NCBI GenBank assembly: GCA_029974015.1
Contig: JARKUF010000017.1
Location: forward strand, 16,206-80,205
Origin: Spirochaetota bacterium
GTDB lineage: Bacteria > Spirochaetota > UBA4802 > JAGODF01
DNA length: 64,000 nt
Direction: 5' to 3'
Of the stretch, positions 27,655 through 37,586 are shown piece by piece (position 1 is the first letter of the stretch; each line of letters starts with the position of its first letter). The position numbers and the translations under genes were made by a program. The notes beneath the pieces were generated by a model that saw only the letters and a program-made list of their open reading frames with translations, ran no database searches and was not told where the DNA came from.

Positions 27655-30120
27655 ATGGCGGAACGAGACTACAATTTCAAGGAAATTGAGAAGAAGTGGC
27701 AGGAGAAATGGGAAAAGGGCAATGTTTTCAAGACCCCCCGGGACCCTGGAAAAAAGAAATATTATCTCCTCGAAATGTTTCCCTACCCTTCGGGAAGGCT
27801 CCACATGGGCCATGTGCGCAACTACACCATCGGCGACCTCATGGCCCGTTTTATGGTCATGAAAGGTTACAATGTGCTTCATCCCATGGGCTGGGACGCC
27901 TTCGGCCTCCCGGCGGAGAACGCCGCCATCCAGAACAACATCCCTCCTTTCAAGTGGACGGGTGACAATATAGAACACATGAAGACCCAGTTCGACAGGC
28001 TCGGTTTTTCCTACGACTGGGACCGGGAGGTGGCCACCTACAAGCCCGACTACTATCGGTGGAACCAGTGGGTCTTCGTAAAAATGTTTGAAAAGGGGCT
28101 TGCCTACCGCAAGAACGCGCCTGTGAACTGGTGCCCCCGATGCAGTACGGTCCTGGCCAACGAGCAGGTGGAAAACGGGAAATGCTGGCGCTGTGAGTCC
28201 GACGTTACCCAGAAGGAGCTGAACCAGTGGTTTTTTAAAATCACCGCCTATGCCGAAGACCTCCTCAAGGGCCTGGAGTCCATAAGGGAAGGGTGGCCCG
28301 AGCGAGTTCTGGTGATGCAGAAAAACTGGATAGGCAAATCACACGGCACGCTCATCAATTTCAAACTTGAAACGGGGGAGGATTTCCCCATCTTCACTAC
28401 CAGGCCCGATACGGTCTACGGCGTAACGTACATGGTGATCGCCCCGGAACATCCCTTTCTGGACAGGATATCGGACCCGAAAGTCCGCGCCTTTATCGAC
28501 TGCCTGAAGTCGCAGTCCCTCATTGACCGCCTCTCCGAGGAAAAGGAGAAGGAGGGTATCGATACCGGAATCAAGGTGGTCAACCCTTTCAATGGCGACA
28601 GGGTGCCCCTCTATGTGGGGAACTTCGTCCTGATGGAGTACGGCACGGGGATGATTATGAGCGTTCCGGCCCATGACAGCCGCGACTTTGCCTTCGCGAA
28701 GAAGTATGGCATTCCGGTGAAGCTCGTCATCGACAATCCCGATGCGCCCATAGATGTGGACGCCATGGCCGACGCATACGTGGAGGACGGGATTAATGTG
28801 AACTCCGGGCCTTTTAACGGGCTTCGCAACCGTGAAACCATCGAAAAGATAGCCGACTACGCGGAGGAGAAGGGAATCGGCCGCCGCGAGGTGAACTATC
28901 GAATTAAGGACTGGCTCATCTCCCGCCAGCGTTACTGGGGTTGCCCCATACCGGCGGTCTACTGCGATAACTGCGGCATCCGCGTTGTCCCTGAGAAAGA
29001 CCTTCCTGTCCTGCTTCCCACCGATGTGGATTTTCGCGGGAGCTCCAAATCACCCATGCTTTCCATGGATAGCTTCGTGAACACCATCTGTCCCGATTGC
29101 GGCGGAAAGGCGAAACGCGAAACCGATACCATGGACACCTTCGTCGACTCCTCATGGTATTTCGCGAAATACGCCTCTCCCAAATCCGCGGCGATGTTCG
29201 ATGAAGAAGTGGATTACTGGATGCCTGTGGACCAGTATATTGGCGGCATAGAACACGCTGTGCTGCACCTGCTCTACGCCCGGTTTTTTACCATGGTCCT
29301 GAACGACCTGGGCCTTGTCAAATGCCGGGAGCCCTTCACCAGGCTCCTCACCCAGGGGATGGTAATCAAGGACGGAGCTAAGATGAGCAAATCCAAGGGG
29401 AACGTTGTGGACCCCGACGTCATTATGGACAGGTATGGCGCCGACACCGTGCGCCTCTTTATGCTCTTCGCTTCACCGCCCGACAAGGACCTCGAATGGT
29501 CCGACAAGGGGGTTGAGGGTTGCAACCGCTTCATCGGCAGGATATGGCGGGTCTTAGACAAATACCGTGAATACATAACCGAAGAAATGCCGGATGATGG
29601 GCCGCTCTCAGGCGGCCTCAAGGCCCTCAGGTCCGAGCTGCACCGGACGGTGAAGGCGGTGACGAAGGACATTTCTGAACGCCTCCAGTACAATACCGCC
29701 ATCGCGAAGATGATGGAGCTGGTGAACGTCCTTTATCAGGTCGACGAGAAAGAAATCTCTTCACCTCAGGGCCGCAGGATAATTTCGGAGCTTTTTTTCA
29801 AGCTCGTACCGATGCTCAATGTTTTCATCCCCCATGTGGCGGAGGAGATGTGGGAAATACTGGGCCGCACCGGCTATCTGTATAATCAGCCCTGGCCCGA
29901 TTTCATTGAGGCGCTGACTGCGCGTGATGAAATTGAGCTCGTGTTCCAGGTGAATGGGAAGATACGCTCAAGAGTCCAGGCCCCGGCGTCGATTTCTAAA
30001 GAAGAGATGGAAAAGATGGCCCTTGACGATGCACGGGTCAAGGGATTCATCGAAGGGAAAGAAATCGTGAAAAGAATCGTCGTCTCGGGTAAGCTCGTAA
30101 ACTTTGTGGTGAAAGGGTAG
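27655..30120 (+). CDS. leuS: Leucine--tRNA ligase
   Basis: MFPYPSGRLHMGH, WLISRQRYWG, GGIEHA, KMSKSKGN. Confidence 0.97.
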   Translation: MAERDYNFKEIEKKWQEKWEKGNVFKTPRDPGKKKYYLLEMFPYPSGRLHMGHVRNYTIGDLMARFMVMKGYNVLHPMGWDAFGLPAENAAIQNNIPPFKWTGDNIEHMKTQFDRLGFSYDWDREVATYKPDYYRWNQWVFVKMFEKGLAYRKNAPVNWCPRCSTVLANEQVENGKCWRCESDVTQKELNQWFFKITAYAEDLLKGLESIREGWPERVLVMQKNWIGKSHGTLINFKLETGEDFPIFTTRPDTVYGVTYMVIAPEHPFLDRISDPKVRAFIDCLKSQSLIDRLSEEKEKEGIDTGIKVVNPFNGDRVPLYVGNFVLMEYGTGMIMSVPAHDSRDFAFAKKYGIPVKLVIDNPDAPIDVDAMADAYVEDGINVNSGPFNGLRNRETIEKIADYAEEKGIGRREVNYRIKDWLISRQRYWGCPIPAVYCDNCGIRVVPEKDLPVLLPTDVDFRGSSKSPMLSMDSFVNTICPDCGGKAKRETDTMDTFVDSSWYFAKYASPKSAAMFDEEVDYWMPVDQYIGGIEHAVLHLLYARFFTMVLNDLGLVKCREPFTRLLTQGMVIKDGAKMSKSKGNVVDPDVIMDRYGADTVRLFMLFASPPDKDLEWSDKGVEGCNRFIGRIWRVLDKYREYITEEMPDDGPLSGGLKALRSELHRTVKAVTKDISERLQYNTAIAKMMELVNVLYQVDEKEISSPQGRRIISELFFKLVPMLNVFIPHVAEEMWEILGRTGYLYNQPWPDFIEALTARDEIELVFQVNGKIRSRVQAPASISKEEMEKMALDDARVKGFIEGKEIVKRIVVSGKLVNFVVKG

Positions 30121-30124
30121 AATA

Positions 30125-31717
30125 ATGGACAGATATTTTAATCAGCGTGAATCCCGAAGGGAATTTTTAAAAAAAGCGGCGCTCTTTGCCGGCGCTGTGG
30201 CGCTACCGGAGTTTTCCACGGGTTGTTCCTCCGTGTCGAGAATCGACCGGTTGAACATCGACTACTCCCGGGGGATAATCCTGAACAACTGCTCCATTGT
30301 GGACGTAAAGACCGGCTCCATCAGGAGAAACGCTTCGATAAGGATGTCCCATGGTAAAATTACGTTTTTAGGCGAACGCCTCGCTGACGAGGGCTCTGCC
30401 GATAATTTCGATGTCTTTGACGTATCTGGCAGGTATGTCATACCGGGCCTTATAAACGGGCACTGCCATTCCACAATGACCGGGGCCATTGGTTTCAATC
30501 TTTTCAACTCCTTTGCTTACCTTCGGCAGATCAAGCAAAACTATGTCCTCGCAGTGGAGTCCGGGGAGACCACTATCCGGGACATGGGAGCGCTCCCCAA
30601 TCTCCTTCATGACAATATTAACAGTATAGAGAGCGGGTCCCTGGCGGGCCCCAGAGTGGTCCATTGCAATGCCATTCTAAACATCGATGGAAGCCATCCC
30701 GAAATTCGGCCCACGGATTTAACGCTTTTAGCGGCGCCTGCGATGTTTTTCACCGGTGAGATCACGGTCAATTTCCGCACGACAAAGGAACTTTTAAAGA
30801 AGATGGCGGCAAACGCGGAACGGGGCGCTTCCTTTATCAAACTCACGGTGGACAACCGTTCCGTTATCTGCGGCCGCGGGGAAATCCCAATGTACAGCAG
30901 GGAACATCTCAGGGAGATTTTCAACTTCGCCGAACGCAGGAACCTTCCGGTAGCTTGCCATAATCATATGAAATTCGGTTACGACCGTATAATGGATTAT
31001 CCGGTCCATTCCCTGGAACATTTGATTTTAGATGATTACATGAGCGATGCGGACGTTCAGAAGCTGATCAGAAAAAATGTGGCAGTCGTTCCCACGTTCA
31101 TAGTCGCGCAGTGCCTGGCCTTCCAGGAAGTCTTCGGTGAACTTCCCCCGGAGTACGACACCGACTTTATCCGCAACGAGATGCGCATAAAGAACGACTA
31201 TCTACGCTTCATGGCGGGCAATTACTGCGATAATGCCATCCACACCAACAATATTTCCAATATCCGCCTTTTCCGGAACATGGACTGCCGGGAGCTCACG
31301 GATAGCGGCAGGTTCCTGCCCAACCCGGTACTCTACTTTGGAATGTTGAAATACGGCCTGGCCAATCTCAGGAAACTGCGCCAGGCGGGGGTCCTCATAG
31401 GCTGCGGCACCGATGCCGGAGTCCCCTTCAACTATTTCGGCACCCTCTGGATGGAAATGGAGATGCTCCACCGCGCCGGTTTCACCCACCAGGAAGCCCT
31501 CCGCTGCGCCACGCTGAACAATGCGAAGATATTAGGCATGGAAGGGCGGATAGGGGTCCTTGAACCCGGCGCCTTTGCCGACATGGTTGTTTTACGGGAC
31601 AATCCCTACGAAAAGATAGAGGCGTACCGGGAACCCCGGCTTGTCTTCAAAGGGGGGCGGCTTATGCACTCCCGGGACGAGCTTATCAGGGACAGGAACA
31701 CCATCAGGGTTGCCTGA
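30125..31717 (+). CDS. Tat-exported amidohydrolase family protein (prolidase-like), possible lipoprotein
   Basis: SRREFLK twin-arginine motif followed by FSTGC; PGLINGHCH, SLEH, GTDAG, GAFADMVV. Confidence 0.82.
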   Translation: MDRYFNQRESRREFLKKAALFAGAVALPEFSTGCSSVSRIDRLNIDYSRGIILNNCSIVDVKTGSIRRNASIRMSHGKITFLGERLADEGSADNFDVFDVSGRYVIPGLINGHCHSTMTGAIGFNLFNSFAYLRQIKQNYVLAVESGETTIRDMGALPNLLHDNINSIESGSLAGPRVVHCNAILNIDGSHPEIRPTDLTLLAAPAMFFTGEITVNFRTTKELLKKMAANAERGASFIKLTVDNRSVICGRGEIPMYSREHLREIFNFAERRNLPVACHNHMKFGYDRIMDYPVHSLEHLILDDYMSDADVQKLIRKNVAVVPTFIVAQCLAFQEVFGELPPEYDTDFIRNEMRIKNDYLRFMAGNYCDNAIHTNNISNIRLFRNMDCRELTDSGRFLPNPVLYFGMLKYGLANLRKLRQAGVLIGCGTDAGVPFNYFGTLWMEMEMLHRAGFTHQEALRCATLNNAKILGMEGRIGVLEPGAFADMVVLRDNPYEKIEAYREPRLVFKGGRLMHSRDELIRDRNTIRVA

Positions 31718-31758
31718 TTTCTTTTCTTACAGGGTGGTCCGAAGGCCCCGTTTTTTTC

Positions 31759-34700
31759 TTAGAATATGATGCTCTCGTATCCGCCCTTTCTCATTTCTTT
31801 CAAGAAATTTTTCTTCCAGTCTTTCCCAAGGTACTTTTCAGCAATGTGCACCATGAGATGTTTTACCCGTACCGGGAGCTCTCCCTCGAGGCGCGAGAGG
31901 CCCTGAACGCAGCTCGGGCATGTGGTCAAGAGGACGGCCCGCCTCTCGATGCCGAGGCGCTCAATTCCGGAGGCCTTCCTTTCCCGGAGGGTGTTGGAAA
32001 GCTCCGGCGTGGACAGGGCCAGAGTTCCGCCCTCTCCGCAGCAGTAGGGTAGGAGCTTTGCGTCCGCTCCGGTCAGGGAGGGGACCACCTCGCCGTATCC
32101 CAGGGTCTTCAGGGGTGTGTGGCATGGATCATGGTACAGTACCTTATACTTCGCGTCGTTTTGCGGCTTGTAGAGCCCTTCCTGGATAATGAACTCGCCG
32201 GCGTCCATGAGGACAGAGTCTGGGAAGATGTTCCCCATCTCATATTTTTCAAGCATCTCACGGCAGGTGCCGCAGGTTACCAGGACCCGCCCAATTTCCA
32301 TGTAGCTTATGATGTTGGCCATCCTGTGGAATTTTACGCGGTTGTCGTAGCTTTTAAGCTCCGCCTCATCGGTCTTTCCGTTGGCGAGGAAGGGATAGCC
32401 ACAGCAGAGGTATTCCGGAGGAAGGACCACCCTGACTCCCGCATGGAAAAGGAGCGCCACCGTGGCGATGCTGATATCCCCGAACATGCGTTCGGAACCG
32501 CATCCGGGGAAATACATCACGCTCGACTTCACCGGAAGCGCTTTGTTTTCAAAGGATATAAAGGTACTGCTCCCCCTTACGCCTGCAATCTCACGGAGGG
32601 TTTTTTGCCCTGCCTTCGGAAGCGGAGAGCGGAGATAGCCGCTTATTTTAGGCGCAAGCCTGGAGGTCAGCACGGTTATGGGGCCGTTCAGGCGGTAACC
32701 GATCCTCTGAAAAGTATAGCCCGCCCTGAGAAGGAGGAGCCTGAATATCTTGTTGAAAAAATATCCTTTCCGGCGCAGGTAAAAGAGGGTAAAGGCCGTT
32801 ACGGCCTTGAATTTCGATTTTCGCCGCTCCACCAGGAGGTCACGAATGTTCAGGGTTACGGCGCCGAAATCGATGTTCACCGGGCATGGGGCCTGGCACC
32901 TGTGACAGATGGTGCAGTGGTCGGAAATTTCCCTGAGCTTTTTGAAGTGCCGGAAGCTCAGGCTCACGGAAGTCTGGGCGTCGTATAGGACCGCTTCGAT
33001 GATGAGGGCCACGCCGAAAATTTTGTTCCTTGGATTGAAAAAAACATTCCCTTCCGGATAATGGGTGTTGCACACGAATTTGCATTTGCCGCACCGCACG
33101 CAGGACGCGATGGAGTTCGAAAGCTTTTCCAGGTCCGCCGCCTTAAGGATGAAAGCCTCGAGTTCCAGGAGGTTGAAAGAGGGAGTGTACACCCTGCTCA
33201 GCGGGAAGTCCGGCGTTAGTTTTCCGGGATTGAAAAGGTCCCCGGGGTCCGCCTCACGTTTGTAGTCGGCATACTCTTCGAGGACCTCGCGGTCGATAAA
33301 CCGGAGCTTTGTCAGTCCGATGCCGTGCTCCCCCGATATCACGCCGCCGAGGCGGACCGCCTCATTCATGACGGTACCTGCGGTTTCGTCGGCCTCCATC
33401 ATCATTAGATAGTCATTGGAATGGACCGGAATGTTGACGTGGACGTTCCCGTCCCCGGCGTGCATGTGGGTGGCGATGATGATTTTCCGCTTCGCTTCCG
33501 CTTCCACAATGCCTTGAAAGCCTTTTATCAATTCATCGTATCCCTTGAAGGACTGGACAAAATGCTCCACCACGTCCCTGTGAAACGCGATTTCAATGAG
33601 GCCTTCCTGGATCAGCTTGAAAACGCTACGGTGTTCGCCGGCAAACATGGACTGGTACCGGAAAATCTCGCGGGCCGGCACGTCCATATTGTCCGCATAC
33701 TGGGAGTAATCGTTTCTGATTTCCTTTGCCCTGGCGAGGAAGGAAAGTATCTTCTGGTATAAAAACTCGTCGTCCCCGCGGGCCGGGAAATTTTCCAGGT
33801 AACTTTCTGCCCTGGCCAGGACGTTTTCCCGGTTTTTCAGTTCTTTGATGATATTGAGTTTTTCGATGAAATCGGAAAATTCCGGCAGTTTCTCGATGGG
33901 GATGACGATGTCCTCGTTGAGTTTGAAGGCGTTGGTATGCCTGGCAATGGCCCCGAGGTTTTTTCTGTCCTTCCAGAAGGCCTCCCTGGCGGACTCCTCT
34001 TCGGCGATGAAGCCTTCGGCATTGTAGCCCTTCACATTTCGGAGGATCCCCCCGCAGGCCGCCGTCAGGGCCTCCGCGTCGTTCCCCTCCACGTCGATGA
34101 GGAGTACGGCCTTCGGAACGTCCTTTCGGTTCGACTTGTTCCGGTAATTTATGGCGGACACATATTTCTCGTCGAAATGTTCAAGGGCCGTCAGGAAGAC
34201 CAGGTCGTTTTTTTCAAAGTCCCTTAATATATCTACGATGGCACGGGAGGCATTCACGAGGTTTTTCCCGAAAAATTCAAGGCAGAGTGTTCTACAGAAC
34301 ATGAAAGGGCTATACAGGACGAAGGTCGCGTCTGATATGATGCCGTCACCGCCTTCCTTCTGTAGACCCGGGAGCCCTTTCAGCGCCTTGTTGGTGATGT
34401 CTTTCCCGAGGCCTTTTTTCCTAATTTCCACGCCGAGGAGGTTGATGGACTTTATCCGGCTTCCCATGGTGACGTCTTTCACGTCGAAGTACACCTCATC
34501 GTCGGGAAGTATTTTCCTGTGGGGATGGTTTCCGCGGGCCACCTCGATAATATGCCCGCGGGCGTCCACTATCCTGTAGGATAAGAGGTTGTCGATGGCG
34601 GTGCCCCAGATGACGCATTTCTTGCCGCCGGCGTTTTCGGCAATATTCCCCCCAATGGTGGAAGCCCAGGCCGATGTGGGGTCGGTGGCGAAGATATAGC

Positions 34701-35469
34701 CGCGGCGTCGGCAGTATTCGATCACCTCTTCGGTTACGGCGCCACACTCAACGTCGATGACGGGAACATGTTTACCGTTTAAAGCTTCGTGTCGTATTTC
34801 CCCGATCCGGTTAAGTTTCTCGGTGTTGACCACCAGGGTCTCTTTTTGCACAGGAACCGCTCCACCCGTGAGCCCCGTCCCTCCACCCCGGGGTATGATT
34901 TTTAACCCGATTTTGCGCGCGGTTTCGATGATTCCGGGCAGTTCTCCGATGGAATCGGGATAGACCACCGCCGATGGGAACTCGGCGCGCCAGTCCGAGG
35001 CGTCTGTGGCGTGGGATACTTTGTGAAAAGCCGACGATTGGATGTTAGCTCCCGAGGTGACTTTCCGCAGCGTACTAAAAATTTTTCTTCTCCGCTTTTT
35101 CTCCTCATCAAAGCTTTCGAAAAATTTTTTTTCAATGGCATAACAGCGCTCCAGGAGCTGTATCACAAGGGGGTTATTGTTGGCCCCTTCCCTGATTTTG
35201 CTCAGGCGGACGCGGTGGCTACGTTTGAGCTTCCTCAGCTTTTCAGGTTTTTCGAGGTAATCGTTGAAGATATAGGGGTTACGGTCGATTATGAAATAAT
35301 CGCCAATTACTTCGAAAAGGAGTTTGGCGCTGCGGCCTGTCACCCGCTCTTCGCGCAGAATGTTGAGAAGCTTCCAAATTTCATCGTCGAAATACTTGAG
35401 GATGATTTCGCGGTCGGAAAATGATGTATAATTATAAGGTATTTCCCTGAATTTTGTATCTTTTTTCAT
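31759..35469 (-). CDS. FAD-linked oxidoreductase with 4Fe-4S and cysteine-rich domains (DUF3683-type, GlcD/GlcF-like fusion)
   Basis: REIPYNYTSFSDREI N-terminus, PRGGGTGLTGG, HAGDGNVH, GEHGIG, CxxCxxCxxxC twice, CCG domains. Confidence 0.88.
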   Translation of the reverse strand: MKKDTKFREIPYNYTSFSDREIILKYFDDEIWKLLNILREERVTGRSAKLLFEVIGDYFIIDRNPYIFNDYLEKPEKLRKLKRSHRVRLSKIREGANNNPLVIQLLERCYAIEKKFFESFDEEKKRRRKIFSTLRKVTSGANIQSSAFHKVSHATDASDWRAEFPSAVVYPDSIGELPGIIETARKIGLKIIPRGGGTGLTGGAVPVQKETLVVNTEKLNRIGEIRHEALNGKHVPVIDVECGAVTEEVIEYCRRRGYIFATDPTSAWASTIGGNIAENAGGKKCVIWGTAIDNLLSYRIVDARGHIIEVARGNHPHRKILPDDEVYFDVKDVTMGSRIKSINLLGVEIRKKGLGKDITNKALKGLPGLQKEGGDGIISDATFVLYSPFMFCRTLCLEFFGKNLVNASRAIVDILRDFEKNDLVFLTALEHFDEKYVSAINYRNKSNRKDVPKAVLLIDVEGNDAEALTAACGGILRNVKGYNAEGFIAEEESAREAFWKDRKNLGAIARHTNAFKLNEDIVIPIEKLPEFSDFIEKLNIIKELKNRENVLARAESYLENFPARGDDEFLYQKILSFLARAKEIRNDYSQYADNMDVPAREIFRYQSMFAGEHRSVFKLIQEGLIEIAFHRDVVEHFVQSFKGYDELIKGFQGIVEAEAKRKIIIATHMHAGDGNVHVNIPVHSNDYLMMMEADETAGTVMNEAVRLGGVISGEHGIGLTKLRFIDREVLEEYADYKREADPGDLFNPGKLTPDFPLSRVYTPSFNLLELEAFILKAADLEKLSNSIASCVRCGKCKFVCNTHYPEGNVFFNPRNKIFGVALIIEAVLYDAQTSVSLSFRHFKKLREISDHCTICHRCQAPCPVNIDFGAVTLNIRDLLVERRKSKFKAVTAFTLFYLRRKGYFFNKIFRLLLLRAGYTFQRIGYRLNGPITVLTSRLAPKISGYLRSPLPKAGQKTLREIAGVRGSSTFISFENKALPVKSSVMYFPGCGSERMFGDISIATVALLFHAGVRVVLPPEYLCCGYPFLANGKTDEAELKSYDNRVKFHRMANIISYMEIGRVLVTCGTCREMLEKYEMGNIFPDSVLMDAGEFIIQEGLYKPQNDAKYKVLYHDPCHTPLKTLGYGEVVPSLTGADAKLLPYCCGEGGTLALSTPELSNTLRERKASGIERLGIERRAVLLTTCPSCVQGLSRLEGELPVRVKHLMVHIAEKYLGKDWKKNFLKEMRKGGYESIIF

Positions 35470-35871
35470 ACTTAAAAAGTCCTTTTTTTAAAACCGCCTG
35501 GATTAAACATCTCGACTTCCTGGGATTATCTCCAACTGGAGAATACAAGTTGGAAACGGCGCCCTTTCCAGGAGAATATCTGAACGCCAGCATATTATAA
35601 AAACGGTAACACGTTCCCCGTGCCACCGTAGAATTCAAGAAAATATTGCCATCTACGATATTTCACCTCGTAAAAACTGAATTTGGGGGATCAAAAAGAC
35701 GTGCGACATAACTCCCAGGAAGCGCCAAAAAAATTTGAAATCTCACTCAAATTTTGCTATTTTACACTCAATTTTGATATGCTGTCGCATGGGCTATTTT
35801 GTATGGGGACCCCCAAGCAAACTTTTTCTATATCTTCCAAGAAGCAGACCCAAGGTTTGAAAAAAGCCAAA

Positions 35872-36045
35872 TTCCAGAGTTTCCCGGCAGTTGCGATATC
35901 CGGGAATCTTAAAAAATTAAGGGCAGTCACAAAAAACCAGGTTGTCCCGCCCGCCGAAGGCGGGCGGGACAACCCAAGTCCAGAGTTTGTCAGTAGTTAC
36001 GATTCATGAGAACTTTAACAATATTATTTTAAGGGATTTTATAAT
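35872..36045 (+). repeat. Degenerate element interrupted at TTAA by a second copy
   Basis: CCAGAGTTTCCCGGCAGTTGCGATATCCGGGAATCTTAAAAAA-TTAA-GGGCAGTCACAAA...GGTTGTCCCGCCCGCCGAAGGCGGGCGGGACAACC...GTCAGTAGTTAC. Confidence 0.8.
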
Positions 36046-36099
36046 AAAAATATTGACAATTGGTTAAGGATATTCTCTTTCATCCACCCAATTGAACTA

Positions 36100-36291
36100 T
36101 AGGCAACCAGTGAAAATTAAGCTTTCTTGCCCGCCGAAGGTAGGCGGAAAACTATATAGCTAATGCCTATAAGCAACCTTAAATTGTTTGGTTTTCCCGT
36201 CCGCCGTCAGATGTTGGGAAAACCTAAGCGCTGAGTTTGCCGACAGTTACAATTTTGGGAACCTCTAAAATTTAATTTTTTGAGGTCCCCA
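36100..36291 (+). repeat. Two tandem element copies, the second with palindrome B
   Basis: Hairpin-A variants at 36121 and 36190; CTGAGTTTGCCGACAGTTACAATTTTGGGAACCTCTAAAATTTAATTTTTTGAGGTCCCCAA. Confidence 0.82.
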
Positions 36292-36314
36292 ATAAATAAA
36301 ATGTTCCTTTTTAA

Positions 36315-37586
36315 ATGGAGTTTCACATGTATTTCGATTTTATCTTTCTTTTTTCTTCCTTTGTTGTCATATTTTGTTCAGCCGTTTATCTCCTCGCCTA
36401 TCAGGAGAGGAAGGAAACAGAGAAGCTCTCGGGGGACAAATATCCGGGTGTATCCATTGTAGTTCCCATGTGGAACGAAGGGAAAACCATCGCCGCCACG
36501 CTTGATTCCCTCATCGATATGAAGAATGAATACAAAGGCGCCATGGAAATAATCGTCGTGGACGACTCTTCCATGGACAACAGTTATTCCATCGTCGAAG
36601 AATACACAGCCAAATACGAATACATTCGGCTTTTCATGAAGGACGGAGAAAAGGGCAAGAGCGAGAGCCTCAATCAGGGGTTCAAGGTCGCCAAATATGA
36701 ACTCGTTGGATGCGTCGATGCCGATTCGTATCCCGAGCCCTCGGCCCTTAACCATATTGCAAAGGAATTTCAGGACCCTGAAGTGGGGGCCGTCACGACA
36801 AAGCTTGTGGTAAACAATCCCAGCAATCTTGTCGAGTGGTTCCAGCATATTGAATATATATATTCAAACTTCATCCTCATGGCCATCGATTCTCTGGACG
36901 CGGTGTTTATCACTCGTGGCCCTCTCAGCCTCTACCGGAAAGACGTGATGTTGGAAATTGGGGGCTTCCTGCCGGCCCACAAGACCCCAACGGAGGACAT
37001 GGAAATCACCTTCCGTATTCGCAAGGCCGGCTACAGAATCAGGGGTTCCAAACAAGCCAAGGTTTACACTTCCGTCATGACTACCTGGAAGACACTCTTC
37101 TGGCAGAGAATGCGCTGGAACCGAGGGACCCTCATTAATTTTTGGATGCACCGCGACATGATGTTAGACTCGAAGTTCGGCATGTTTAGCCTCTTTGTGT
37201 TTCCCACTTCGACCCTCATGATCGCAATGATCGGAGTCATCGTCGTGTACATGGTATCGAAGACCATAGGCTTTTTCTACGATAACCTTGCGGCGCTGTA
37301 CTGGACCCTCCAATCGGGACAGGTCCCCGAACTGTCCAAGGTTTTTCAAACATTCATGAACGGTTCCTACTTCACCACACCGTACCATCTCCTCATCATG
37401 CTGGCGGTCTTCTCGATTTTCTTTATGGTGAACGGTTTCGGGTTCCTTGAAAGCCGTGAGCGTCTCGGATGGCGGTATTTCGCCGCCCTCATTGCGACCC
37501 CCTTTATCTACAACCCGGTCCTTCTTTTCTTCTGGGTATCGGCCTTCGTGCTTCAGACGGCAAGGTATGGCGTAAGGTGGAGATAA
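36315..37586 (+). CDS. Processive membrane glycosyltransferase family 2 (PgaC/IcaA-like)
   Basis: VVDDSS, DADS, TED and QRMRW (QxxRW) motifs; C-terminal TM helices. Confidence 0.9.
   Translation: MEFHMYFDFIFLFSSFVVIFCSAVYLLAYQERKETEKLSGDKYPGVSIVVPMWNEGKTIAATLDSLIDMKNEYKGAMEIIVVDDSSMDNSYSIVEEYTAKYEYIRLFMKDGEKGKSESLNQGFKVAKYELVGCVDADSYPEPSALNHIAKEFQDPEVGAVTTKLVVNNPSNLVEWFQHIEYIYSNFILMAIDSLDAVFITRGPLSLYRKDVMLEIGGFLPAHKTPTEDMEITFRIRKAGYRIRGSKQAKVYTSVMTTWKTLFWQRMRWNRGTLINFWMHRDMMLDSKFGMFSLFVFPTSTLMIAMIGVIVVYMVSKTIGFFYDNLAALYWTLQSGQVPELSKVFQTFMNGSYFTTPYHLLIMLAVFSIFFMVNGFGFLESRERLGWRYFAALIATPFIYNPVLLFFWVSAFVLQTARYGVRWR

Noticed and set aside
35917-36291. Tandem repeats as a possible CRISPR array (also 63138-63343)
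   Set aside because: Only 2-3 divergent units, with conserved rather than unique spacers, dispersed copies elsewhere and no cas genes.
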